Below, piece by piece: positions 1 to 12,206 of a stretch of 64,000 nt of DNA (within the stretch, counting starts at the first letter, position 1; every line of letters starts with the position of its first letter). Under the pieces are notes generated by a model. It was not told the DNA's origin. It ran no database searches and worked only from the letters and a program-made list of their open reading frames with translations. This DNA comes from Octopus sinensis (Eukaryota). The stretch spans positions 1,302,001 to 1,366,000 of the forward strand of contig NC_043015.1 of the NCBI RefSeq assembly GCF_006345805.1. The letters run 5' to 3'. A program made the translations under genes and the position numbers.

Positions 1-298
1 CATACAACATACATACATACATATATATATACATATATATATATATATACATATATAATACTAATAATTATATATATTATATATATAATATATATATAAC
101 TTATACTATAATATATATATACATATAATATATATATACATATAATATATATATATATATAGATATGTACGTATATATATACATATAATACATGCAATAT
201 ATATATATATACTGTTAAACACGCAAAGACACACGCGAGCTTATATTTAGGGAGGCAGTTTGAGAAGTTGAGAGAGAAGGAGAGTATTGAAGACGTGC

Positions 299-389
<91 letters not shown>

Positions 390-392
390 TTT
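1..392. repeat. (TA)n microsatellite arrays, degenerate then nearly pure
   Basis: Alternating TA at about 1-210 and 298-392; source of the YIYI ORFs. Confidence 0.95.
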
Positions 393-1268
393 CCACCTGC
401 CGTCGTCTTTTGTCTATTTTCATAAAGCTTCCCGTTATATATATATACATATACATATATATATATATATGTATGTGTGTGTGTATTTACGTATATGTAT
501 ATGTATACCTATCTATGTATCTCTCTGTTCATACATACACGCATGCACACTTATACAGAAAGAGAAAGATAGATAGATACAGAATATACACAATCATACA
601 CACACACACACATACACACAAGTCCTCATAGATACTCATACATGAAGCTCGCTTGTAAATTTCGCTACAAAATTGAAACAAAATTTTTAAGATCACTTTA
701 TGAAAAACAAGAAATTGCAGTAGTGTTTATTACATGATGAATAAGTATATAATAATAATCGTAATATTTAACTTATTTTTCACAAATAATGTTGGTGGCA
801 CTCCAAGCAAGACCAACTATATTATTGTAATACTAATAATACTAATAATATAATGTTTATTACTAACACTGTAATCCCATGATATTCAGGAAATTATAAA
901 GGAGGATTTCAAAAATAAATAACAATGAATTGGGTTCCACATGGAAAGGAATATTTAAGATAGGTCGAAAAAGTTAATATCTAATAAAGGGTTGAATCTA
1001 TCTCAATATTTCATTGTTGTTTTAAATTGTTGACCCTGGAAGGACTAAATTAGCACTTGATCTCTTCGACACTCAGATGGTTCTTCTTCATTGCAATATA
1101 TAGATATGTATATATATATATATAATATATATATATATATATACGTATGATACCAGTATTATAGAACTTTAAGTCCTATTGCAGAGAAAGGACGAATCAA
1201 TTGCATCGACCTCAATGGAACTTATTTCCTCAACTCCCGAGAGTATGAATAGCAAAGTCAATCGCAAC

Positions 1269-1483
1269 TCTTTTCTAGTCTAGGCACAAGACCCGAAATT
1301 TTTTGGGAGGGAGCCAGTCAATTAGATCGACCCCAGTATGCAACTTGTACTTAATTGATCGACCCCGAAAGGATGAAAAGCAAAGACGACCGCGGCGGAA
1401 TTTGAACTGAGAACGTAAAGACAGACGAAATACCGCTCGGCATTTTGCCCGGCGTGCTAACGTTTCTGCCAGCAGGCCGCCTT
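1269..1483 (-). mobile_element. tRNA-derived SINE, family A, full length
   Basis: Minus strand reads AAGGCGGCCTGCTGGCAGAAACGTTAGCACGCCGGGC...GTTCAAATTCCGCCGCGGTCG...TTTCATCCTTTCGGGGTCGATC...CTTGTGCCTAGACTAGAAAAGA. It has box A/B-like motifs and more than 12 related copies in this window. Confidence 0.9.
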
Positions 1484-1910
1484 CAGAAACGGGTTAAATA
1501 CTGCTAAACATTTTTTTCCTAACGATGCTACCTGCGCATCATCTTTTCACAGAATATTAAATGACATCCAAAACTGTTAGCTAATCTCGATTATGCGGGT
1601 CGGCGAATCATTGATTCTTTTAAAATAACGTAAATGTTCACAATCATTTGTGACGGATGATCTCATAGACAGAAGAAGCCTAACTAATCATACGAAATTC
1701 GACATTATATTCAATCTTCTATAAAATTAACTGCTTTAAGCATATCTAACTTTTGAAGTTATAGCTTAAGAGGTTTACATGGATTTGTCCTCAATATAAA
1801 AGCTAGCTTTTCAAATATTTCAGCTATGTACTTCAAACAAATCGTTTCGATATAATCAGAACACGAAAAGTTTACATGCTTTATTATACTCAGGGAAGAT
1901 TTTGCTACTA

Positions 1911-2436
1911 TTGGGTTGTACGGAAAGTTCGTGCCGATTTTTAAAGGGAAGAAAAAGGTCAATAAATACTTGCCAATACCCAAGCTTTACCAGGTGCTCA
2001 TGAACGACGGATTTTGATAGGTTGAGGCTTTCTGCCAATTCTCGGGTTGTTGTCAATGACTTGATTTGGTCATCATCTATGGTGGATGGTCTGCCTGATC
2101 GCTCTTTATCGATAAGTCTACAATCTCCAGCTGGGAACCTTGCGAACCACTTCCGTACAGTTCTTTCGGATAAAGAATCTATACCGTAAACTGCGCATAT
2201 TTCTTTGGTTGCTTATGAGGCATTTTCCCTTTACGGATAAAGAAAACAAACAAGTGCCGAAAATGACAGAATTAACACAGGTTATAGGAACATAAACCTT
2301 CTTCCACAAAAAAATAGCTTAACCTGTGTTCTAAATGGAGTTGTAGTCAATTCCTATTTTATGGACTCAAACATGTTCTAAAATAAGTCGAAAGGTAAGC
2401 TACTATAAATCGGCACGAACTTTCCGGACAGCCCAA
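1911..2436 (-). mobile_element. Internally deleted mariner transposon with both TIRs and TA target duplication
   Basis: TIRs are TTGGGTTGTACGGAAAGTTCGTGCCGATTT (1911-1940) and AAATCGGCACGAACTTTCCGGACAGCCCAA (2407-2436), each flanked by TA. The minus strand, across one frameshift, encodes HFRHLFVFFIRKG..ATKEICAVYGIDSLSERTVRKWFARF..DKERSGRPSTIDDDQIKSLTTTRELAESLNLSKSVVHEHLVKLG, the mariner N-terminal HTH region. Confidence 0.92.
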
Positions 2437-3140
2437 TATATTCTGGAGAGATTCAGCTGTTAGTTCGATTCGAATCCAAGTGTGATATTATTGTTTTTAA
2501 CGTAAGCTCAGAAATAGTCAATGCACGCAATAATGTGTTATAGAGCATGGCTTTTCGTCAACTCTAACAGTCAGAGTCACTTCCTGGTTTTCCAACTCCG
2601 CTAGACTCAGTAATTTATCCAGTTCATGGAAAGCGTTACTATAATACAGACAAGTAACTTAGGTAGGAAAAGAGACCTTTGTCGAGTAGTTAAACGTCCT
2701 CCAATGGAAAGTATGGAAATTGTTCATGTCGGTACTTAGAGTCAAGCTCAGGCTTTCGCTGCGTATTATCTGCTGTAACGCTCAACATTATACGAGAATC
2801 ATTTTATTCCTTTTATTTAGTTATCCTTTAGTAGATATCTATACTGAACCTCAAGCAAAAATTTAGCTCCCCGTCTTCATTTGACACCTGACAGTACTTG
2901 GTGGAAGATAGGACCAGTGGAACGCCGTATCGGAGATATGATAACCACAAATGTTTGCCGTTATCCTCGTTAAGTACTGTTTGCAAAGGGGTGGTCTCTT
3001 CAACGGGAGAGAAATCAATTACATTTATTAGAATGAGATGACCGATTTGTGTGACTGTCTAGTCACCTTTCACATGAACAAAAACAGCATTGCTCTAATC
3101 TGATTACACATTTTCTAGTGCAAGGTACGGCAATGTCACA

Positions 3141-3325
3141 GCAACAGCAGCAGCAGCAGCACCACCACCACCTTCACCCTCGCCATCACCACCACCATCA
3201 TCACCATAATCCTCATCATCCTCAGCATCATCACCACCACCATCAACATCAGTAGTATTGTAGTAGTAGTGGTAGCAGCAGCAGCAGCAGCGGTAGAAGT
3301 ATTAGTAGTTGTAGTAGTAGTAGTT
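3141..3325. repeat. Compound trinucleotide repeat (CAG/CAC/CAT then TAG/CAG)
   Basis: Direct reading of the triplet runs. Confidence 0.9.
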
Positions 3326-3611
3326 CACACCTTAAAGAATTAATAATTTCAAAAAAATAAGCGCAAGGACGAATATTCTGCAGAAGCATTGCCTCTACGG
3401 GTGATATGATTCCACTTTACTGCCCATACTAGCACGAAATGCAGAAATTGCCATCGGCGGAAATTTATTAAACACAAGCAATTGTGTCCAACTCTAACGT
3501 TTCTTTCACTTAACCGACGTGCTAATGAGGAACTGACAATACATTGATATTTAACTACATTTTTTTGTATTTTTCTACCATCATGATAAATAAATAACAC
3601 ACACACACACA

Positions 3612-3687
<76 letters not shown>

Positions 3688-3691
<4 letters not shown>

Positions 3692-3834
3692 CGCAGGAGT
3701 GGGTGTGTGCTCACCAATTTGTATCAGATTCAGTCCCACTGCGTGGCACCTTTTACAAGTGTTTCCTACTATAGAGTCAAGCCAACCAAAGTCTTGTCAG
3801 TGGATTTGATAGACAGAAACTGAAAGGAGCTCGT
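3688..3834 (+). mobile_element. CORE-type SINE, family B, degenerate 5' half
   Basis: AAGGCGCAGGAGTGG...TTCAGTCCCACTGCGTGGCACC...CAAGTGTTTCCTACTATAG...GGATTTGATAGACAGAAACTGAAAG matches the intact copy at 53326. Confidence 0.85.
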
Positions 3835-3968
3835 TTATACATACACACGCACACACAAACATGCACTCACACACACACACATATATATATATAATTGAAA
3901 TTTATAGAATTTCAAAAGACGTAGACTAGTGTAAGATCAAGAAACATGGAAAAATGATAAGATATTTT

Positions 3969-3993
3969 GTTTCGAGCCTACGCTCTTCAACAG
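3969..3993 (-). ncRNA. Hammerhead-ribozyme-like core (variant), probably from a Penelope-like repeat
   Basis: Minus strand CTGTTGA-A-GAGC-GTAG-GCTC-GAAAC has a perfect 4-bp stem II between a CUGNUGA-like box and GAAA. It has U instead of the conserved A6 and no intact stem III. Confidence 0.5.
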
Positions 3994-4794
3994 AGAGGAA
4001 TATGAGAAAATGAAAAAGTTGTAGTTTTCAGCGGTCAAAATTATATATTATATATATATTATATATATTATGTGTGTTGTGTGTGTGTGTGTGTCTATAA
4101 CATATATATGTATGTATGTATATATATATATATAATATATATATATATATATAGTTCTCTCGAAATTATATAAGTTCTCTCGAAATTAGATCACTTGTGA
4201 ACGTGTTTCTGGGTTAGTCAGATATAGAGATGCTAGAAATACATCCCTATTCTCAAATTTAAATTTAATGAAATCTCTCTGCTGAATGACGGGAATGTTA
4301 GAATAAGCTCAGTCATGTCAATGCATATAGTCATATGGTACTTCTATCACCAAAGCAATTTTTTTTCCGTCTGTATCTTGTTTTGGTTTTGTTATCATTC
4401 ATGCAATATTCGTTTAGTTTTATTTCCTCAATGCTTGGTTGATGTATCAAGTGCCGAAATACTACAGATTTTGTTTCGAGAAAGTCTTCCGAGTAGAGGT
4501 CAGCTTCATATAACACAGTGGTATGAGTAACATATAACACAGCGGTGTTGGAGAAGTGTTAAGCACCTGTAGTGGAACTACTGTATTATGTAATTTCGGC
4601 ATGATTTCTGTCTCTTCAGCAGTAGACATCCATTGACGATATGCTGGTCAAATCTCTCTTACACCCATATATATAGAAAAAGCGATGATTCATTCACTGG
4701 TGTGACTTTCAGACGGATGGTGGGGAAAAGTCAAATATCGACATAGTAGCAAGAATACCTACTTAATCTGAAACTATAATGAGAGCGTCGTATT

Positions 4795-5003
4795 CAGCGA
4801 GCTGGCAGAAGCATTACCCTGTTGATCGAAACAGTGAGTGGCATTTTTTTCCGTCATAACGTTCCGAGTTCAAATTCTAGCAAGGTCGACATTGCCTTTC
4901 ATTTATTTTGGCGACGATAAAATATTACTGGTTGAAAACGTATTTCGAAGTAATCGAGTTAGTCCTTCCTCAGAAATCCAGGCTTTGTGCCTATAATTGA
5001 AAT
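4795..5003 (+). mobile_element. SINE family A, old diverged copy
   Basis: CAGCGAGCTGGCAGAAGC...GTTCCGAGTTCAAATTC..AGGTCGACATTGCCTTTCAT...GGCTTTGTGCCTATAATTGAAA. Confidence 0.8.
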
Positions 5004-5316
5004 TATTAGATTATTAGAGCGCCGTATTTCTGCATATCTCTTTCTCTGAAAGTCTGCCCATAGACATTTACTACATATAAGCACAGAGGTACCTGCAGCA
5101 AATAAGAAATGTCCAGGCACCGTTAGCAGCACTATTGTACCATGTGGCCTCGGTGAGCTTCTACTTCCGCATTAAGGATAAAAGATTGCCATATATGAAT
5201 ATAGTTTCTTTAAAATTAGGGCATGGAAAGAGCGTGTATTTCCATGCGTTGGTTACAACAGTATACTATAGCAAAAGACAAGTCATGCTGCATTATAACT
5301 CAACGAGGCCATAAAA

Positions 5317-5758
5317 TACATATATACGTACATACATACATATATACGTACATACATACATATATACGTACATACATACATATATACGTACATACATACA
5401 TATATACGTACATACATACATACATACATATCTACTACATACATACATATATACGTACATACATACTATATACGTACATACTACATTATCGTACATACAT
5501 ACATAATACGTACATACATACATATATACGTACATACATACATATATACGTACATACATACATATATACGTACATACATTCATATATACGTACATACATA
5601 CATATATACGTACATACATACATATATACGTACATACATACATATATACGTACATACATACATATATACGTACATACATACATACATACATACATACATA
5701 CATACATACATACATACATACATACATACATACCTACATACATACATACATACATACA

Positions 5759-5792
<34 letters not shown>

Positions 5793-5850
5793 CGTACATA
5801 CATACATATATACGTACATACATACATATATACGTACATACATACACATA
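5317..5850. repeat. 20-bp minisatellite (ATATATACGTACATACATAC)n interleaved with (TACA)n
   Basis: About 19 copies of the TACGTA-containing unit counted by eye. Confidence 0.92.
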
Positions 5851-5974
5851 CACAAACACATATATAATGTCCTAAAGTGTCCGGAGACAAATATTCTTTT
5901 TACGTTCAGACTTAAAACCGAGTAGGCATTTAAAGTCTATTAAAAAAAACTTTTATGGTTAAATTGACAATGAT

Positions 5975-6383
5975 GATGAAAATGAGGAAGCGGATGATGA
6001 CGACGGTGGTGGTGGTGGTGGCAGCGCTGCTGCTGCTGACTGTATTAGTGATAGTGATGGTGATGGTGACGGTGGTGGTGGTGATGCTGGTGGTATTGGT
6101 GGTGTTGATAGTGGTGACGACGACAACTGCGACAGCGGCGGCAGGAATGGTTGTGGTGTCGGAGACGACCACAACAACAATGATGATGATGAGGATGATG
6201 ATGACAAGGATATGGAAGACAGCGAAGATGATACGTATGATGATGAATGTGTTGGTGATGATGATGATAATGATGATGATGATGGTGGTGGTGATGATGA
6301 TGATGATGACGATGATGATGATGATGATGATGAATGATGATAATGATGATGAATGATGATGAGGATGATGATGATGATGAATC

Positions 6384-6423
<40 letters not shown>

Positions 6424-6438
6424 GGATGATGATGATGA
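5975..6438. repeat. Compound (GGT)/(GAT) trinucleotide repeat
   Basis: Degenerate GGT/GAC/GAT triplets resolving into pure (GAT)n at the 3' end. Confidence 0.92.
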
Positions 6439-7134
6439 TAAAATAGGCATCAATTTCATTACACTCGTGACGCAAACGATTGTTCAAGCCAATGATTGTC
6501 TCACACACGAAGATACTCACGCACCACGCACATACACTTGTACACCAACCAATCGCTCACACACACAGATACACACATACACATATGTACACGCGCGCTC
6601 GTGAAACGTTATCGATAATAAGGAGAAATGACAGCGACGACTACGACAGCGCCACAATCACGACGATGGAGATGATGCTGTTGATAACCATGATTATATA
6701 GATGATGGGATCTGATGAGGGTCATGATTCCGTTAAGTGCCATTTCCTCCAAGACGCATAATGTCTCCTTTAAGCTGGTACACACGACGGTAGATGTATA
6801 ATGTCGATCATTTAACCGTTTATTTCTGTTTATTTTCGTTTAATGTACACGGATATAACTGTGGAGACTTTATATGTTTATATGTCTGTTATATGGTTGT
6901 TTAATGCACGGTGGAGTCACGTGGAGAGAAGTCACATATTTGGGGTATATGGGTAGGGGGAGTAACACTCAGACAGTAAGAGAAAGACAGACCTATTGGC
7001 AGCTGTATATGTTCTTCTCAACAGAGTTCAATAGATATATGGGTAGAAGACATATACATATACATAAATACATATACATACATACATATATATATATATG
7101 TGTATGTATGTGTATGTATGTATGCTTGTCTATG

Positions 7135-7393
7135 TATGTATGTATCTATGTATCTATCTATCTATACATATATAGATAGGTAGACATATAGATAGATACA
7201 TACATACATACATACATACATACACATGTACACGTACATACACACATGCATACATACATATATGCATACATATATACATACATAAATACTTGCGTACGTA
7301 CATAAAATGACAGACATACAGATAGATGGGTGGATGGACATTCTGATAGATAGATAGATAGATAGATAGATTGATAGATAAATAGATAGATAA

Positions 7394-7486
<93 letters not shown>
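7135..7486. repeat. (TACA)n and (TAGA)n tetranucleotide microsatellites
   Basis: Direct reading. Confidence 0.95.
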
Positions 7487-7487
<1 letters not shown>

Positions 7488-8314
7488 GTGTATATCAAGA
7501 GAAAAACAAACAAAGAGAAATAAAAGTCTGGAAATATCGTAAAACAAAACGAAGGAGAGAGTTTGACAGAGAATATCAAAGGGACCGGTGAGAGTGAAAG
7601 AAAACACAAGGAATGCTCGAAGGTCCTAGTAAAAGAGATATGAACGAATAACCGAAAAAATGCGATTGAAAGAAATATAGAAGATAGAAAGTTAGTAAGA
7701 ACCAATGAATAAATGAAGAAGTAATGAAGAAAAGAGAAATGATATAAAAAAATTGTCTGAAGGAAAGTCGTGAAGATAAATGGAAGAAATAACGAAAAGA
7801 AAATGAATATAAGTGAGGGAGAAAGAAAGAAAGTAATGAATGGAAGTGTGAGGGAGATAAGAGAATTATCGAATATCAGTCTGTGGAATGTTTAATATAA
7901 AAAAACAACAACAACAATTGAACAAAGGAAGCACACACTTTGACCATATCCAAGAGATAATGGCCGATTTTCTAGTGTTTATATTCTAAATGAGACATTA
8001 CATTATATGTGGACGTGTGTAAAGAATCGCAATTTCAGTAGTTTTGGTGTGTTTAATGGCGGACAGTTGACACAATAAAACGGTACACGAGCCAGTGAAG
8101 ATAATGTAGGAGACTTTTATGAGACAACGAAGGAAAAAATCTTTGCACTATCCAACATATCGGCCTGCGAAAAACAGCAACGAATTCTCCCTCCAATTAT
8201 ATAGAAATGTCTTAAAGCGTAAAACACAAAGCATAAAATAGTCCTATAGCTATATTATATATGTATATATATGTATTATATAAATAATATTTTTATATGT
8301 GTATATATATATAG

Positions 8315-8345
<31 letters not shown>

Positions 8346-8712
8346 TATATATATAATACGTGTCTGTGTCTATATATATATGCATCAATTTATATACATA
8401 ACGTTTGAACAAAAATAAAAATGACGGATAGACACGTAGACACGTCTAGAATGCTTTGATCATGGTTTTAATAGATCACATTTAACTCCATATTAACATG
8501 AACCAATAACACTGACTATCCTCACCTGAGTCACTGGATGTGCTAGTAATAACGATCAAATTTCCCTCAAAACACCTTCGTCTCTCGTAAAAAAACAAAG
8601 ATACATAATAGATAATAATAGATTACATTTGATCGATAGATAGATAGATAGATAGATAGATAGGAATAGAGATATAGATAGATAGATAGATAGATAGATA
8701 GGGAGAGAGTGA

Positions 8713-8812
8713 NNNNNNNNNNNNNNNNNNNNNNNNNNNNNNNNNNNNNNNNNNNNNNNNNNNNNNNNNNNNNNNNNNNNNNNNNNNNNNNNNNNNNNNN
8801 NNNNNNNNNNNN
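8713..8812. other. Assembly gap of 100 N
   Basis: Exactly 100 N following a (TAGA)n tract; likely a nominal-size scaffolding gap. Confidence 0.99.
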
Positions 8813-9680
8813 CTTCTTAACGCCACCACATGGCATCTGTTGTCTGATTCTAGAAACCCGGGCTCCAGACATTGAGAATGTGTAAATACTAATATTCTTG
8901 GACAAATATAGACTAGCGTAAATTTGTCTCTACGTAAAACTGAACACTGAAAGCGTGCAGAGGTATATACATATATATGAGTTTTGGGTGTGTATATATT
9001 TCTGTTTGTGTACTTGAATGTAAGCTATATGGACACACATATACATGCACATACATGAATGCACATACATACATGCATACATCCAAGTATATATAAATAT
9101 ATATATATATGTTCATACGCATATAGATATGAATATATATACAAACATATATATGTGTGTATTTATTAATTCAAATATATATGTATATATATATATATGC
9201 GTATATATGTATATGAATATATGCACACGCACACACAAATACATATATATACATATACATACATACATACATATATATATACACACAAACACACACATAT
9301 ACATTGATACGTCTACATATATGCCTTTATACACGTGCATATATTTTATTGTATTTATTTTTGCATGCATATGCATCAATTTTTTAGTTGATAAATATTT
9401 GTTTAATCAAACTTTATGAATATATTCTTTTATCTAATTCTTTGCTCACTTCTGTGCATATAAACTCCAATATATAAACAGCTTATTAATTAACTGCTAA
9501 TCTGTCGTCCCTCAGCTCCCCCTTCGGCTCCGCGCTTTCAGTTCAGTCGGTAGCAGCCCACGTTTTTCTAAGTATCTACAGAGTTAAGCATTCAAAACAC
9601 CTGATTGTAGTTTCTACATTAGCGGACGACACGTAATTGGTAGAAGGTTCGATACAATGTCAACCTTTACAAGATCCTTG

Positions 9681-10280
9681 ATGCAGGACTATGTCTTTCC
9701 CTTTATCTTCCAGCTGGGTAGTGAACCTTCCTTCGCTTGGTACCTAGAGAGAAGGCAAGCGCTTACAGCTTTCTGCCAATCGGGCAACGCGGTCGGTGGA
9801 AGTTCCACCATGGAGTTCTATCGGTGATTAATGGAGGGAAGAGCGACGACATACTTGGGGAAATCCATGGCTTCAAGAGGGATCAACTAACTGGTCTTTT
9901 CTGGAGGACTTCCTATCTGGAGCTTCTGGATATCTTCTAGAAGTCCCTCGCCTGCGAATGTTACCGGGGATCTCTGCCGGTTCGAGAGAAACTCTACTGA
10001 CACGAAGTGCTGCCAGACGGACATGTCCGAGGTATGCGCAGGGCGAAGAAACCGTCCTGCATGCACTTACCAGTGTCCTGGCATTACTGGCCAGTGGAGA
10101 TTTGTCGCACAGCTGTTGTCACGTATAGGACGGCTCCGGTTATCAGCAGAGTCCATTGTGAGGATTGCCTCACCGTCTTCTTTTGACCGGGAGGGAAAGG
10201 CAGCTTTCCTTCGTTTGTTGGCTATATTGAAAGACATAGTGTGGTATACGAGGTTGAAATGACTGAAGACAGAAGCTTTC
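9681..10280 (+). mobile_element. L1/Tx1-clade LINE, decayed ORF2 C-terminus (zf-RVT-like region)
   Basis: Across stops and frameshifts: DDILGEIHGFKRDQLTGLFWRT..LLDIF*KSLACECYRGSLPVREKLY*H..RTCPRYAQGEETVLHAL/YQCPGITGQWRFVAQLL. This fits the CPxCxxxEETxxHxxxxCP..W motif. Confidence 0.75.
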
Positions 10281-10290
10281 ATCTTTGACG

Positions 10291-10481
10291 TGGTATGATC
10301 AAACCCCAGAAGGAGTCACCGAAAATGAGAACTGCAAATTCCTGTGGGATGTAATGATCCAGTGCGATTACTTGACCAGACAAAGGAAACCGGGTATTTT
10401 TTGTATTGAATGAAAAAGAAAGTACATGCATGATAATCGACATAACATGCTACAGTGAGAACCGGGTTCATGTGAAATAAT
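10291..10481 (+). mobile_element. R4/Dong-type non-LTR retrotransposon fragment, restriction-like endonuclease region
   Basis: WYDQTPEGVTENENCKFLWDVMIQCDYLTRQRKPGIF/VLNEKESTCMIIDITCYSENRVHVK* matches the WY.H.PE.V.EN...K.LWD..IQ.D....RRPDIV.......C.IID.A.P pattern. Confidence 0.85.
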
Positions 10482-10999
10482 TCCACCGCGCAAAAACCAT
10501 CGTCAAACCACATATTTTGTACAGATTATACTGAAGTTTCTCACGAGATATACTAATCTCATTGGCTTTTTACTTGATATTCAATCACCCGTCATCGATC
10601 ACCATCATTTTGAACAGAATCTCTGTTGTCCTTGGTGATGGTAGTTTCAGGACTTCTACACATTCAATCACATTTAAGACTCTCCGTTGCTTCACTAAGT
10701 TCAGCAGCCCACTATTACACTGTTGAAATAGCGGGAGAGTTATCTTCTAATGTACTTGGGAATTACACACCTTTTCTACAGGTGCATAACTCCACGATGC
10801 CAAATTTTGCCGATTTTTAAATAATATCGCTACTAGGTATCTTGAATGTTTTTTTTGTTTTTTTGAAGAATCAGATATCAGTTTATCTGAGGTGAAACAA
10901 TGCAGCTAAAATGCAGAGATCAAATTAATGCAAGCAAGATTGTACAGCCGTAGCATTACTCCTTCCTAGTTATCTTAAGAATTTTTCAGCCTATCCTTG
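10482..10999 (-). mobile_element. Mariner transposon 5' part (TIR plus decayed N-terminal transposase)
   Basis: Minus strand KIWHRGV..PK.I..LEDNSPAISTV..WAAEL...ESL..D..RSP.T.IT.DN.D.V../V.DD..LNI...ANEISISREK....L....G.T.V.ARW. A degenerate TIR AAGAATTTTTCAGCCTATCCTTG-TA lies at about 10977-11001. Confidence 0.75.
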
Positions 11000-11289
11000 T
11001 ATATACCAAAATATATGCATATATATGTAATGAGTGCATATATGTTCGCCTATATATATATATACAAATCCAGCTCTTTACAATAACAGGTATCTTCTCA
11101 GAAAATTCTATGAAATAAGGTCACAGCTTTGCAGTGATATTTCTTAGGTAATTCGCACAGGCCTACATCTGTTGCAGTTTTGTATGTAAAGCAACAAAAA
11201 TTGCCTAATTACAATAAATAGATTCAAATGTATCCCACACATATCTTGCTTTCCTTACTGCCCCCAAATAGTTATTTATATATACTCAT

Positions 11290-11337
<48 letters not shown>

Positions 11338-11981
11338 CTATATATATTATATATATGTATTACTATATATATAGTATATATATATATATATATATATGTA
11401 CGTATCCGTATATCAAATACGTATGCATATACAATTTTGTGTTTATTAATACACGCACACTGAGATGTCTATACACTTGTATATACTTTCGAATGCATGT
11501 ATTTATATTTATATATTTATATATATTCATCTATATATAACTGCCAGTATATACGTATATAAATGTTTCTAGCAAACTACGGATGAGGAAAATCTTGTGG
11601 TATTGATCTCAACGTTTCACAAGCTATCAACACAATAGGAAACAGCTGTTAAAAATTTGTTACAAAAGATAAATCTTTCTTGTGTTTTTCTTATTTTTCT
11701 TGCAAGATTGAAAATTCCCCTCCAAGTGTCTGCCGCTAGGCAACTGGAAAGAGGGGTATTTATTTGTTTTCCTTCGTTTTTTTATTTTATGAGTTCTTTT
11801 ATTTTTCCTCTTTTGTTTCAGAAGAGGACTAGACGAAGAGAACCAACAGCGTTTCCAAAGATACATCGTAGAATGAGGGAAGCTACTGATTAGCCAGAGG
11901 GCACAACACAGCGCCGTCTGCAGAGAGGACTTGATGTCAACAAGGAATGAGTGGGCCAGAGAAGAAAGATTAACGGATTTA

Positions 11982-12027
<46 letters not shown>

Positions 12028-12165
12028 TGAAAGTGTGAAAGAGTGGAATATATATACATAACTGCCTCACATATCTATATATATATATTTACAGATATAC
12101 TTGTGTGCACACGCGCGTATATATATATATATTGTGTATATAAGTGCACATATATGTTTATATGT

Positions 12166-12206
<41 letters not shown>

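Noticed and set aside
4153-4188. Short direct duplications (AGTTCTCTCGAAATTA twice; CATATAACACAG twice near 4505-4540)
   Set aside because: These are ordinary slippage-type duplications with no intervening element.
4331-4540. ORF MLYVTHTTVLYEAD... as a LINE or gene fragment
   Set aside because: No recognisable motif; the length is compatible with chance.
5317-5850. Regular 20-bp periodicity as a possible CRISPR-like array
   Set aside because: There are no unique spacers and no cas genes, and the context is eukaryotic; it is a minisatellite.
5930-6520. Poly-Asp/Met/Val/His ORFs suggesting a biomineral or low-complexity protein
   Set aside because: They are fully explained by a GGT/GAT triplet array that is open on both strands, with no flanking coding context.
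6712-6718. CTGATGA boxes at 6712 and 41979 as further hammerheads
   Set aside because: Neither has a downstream stem II followed by GAAA.
8813-8890. Minus-strand frame ILVFTHSQCLEPGFLESDNRCHVVALR running into the gap, faintly EGF-like
   Set aside because: It is too short, the cysteine spacing is incomplete, the acceptor is weak, and the gap prevents evaluation.
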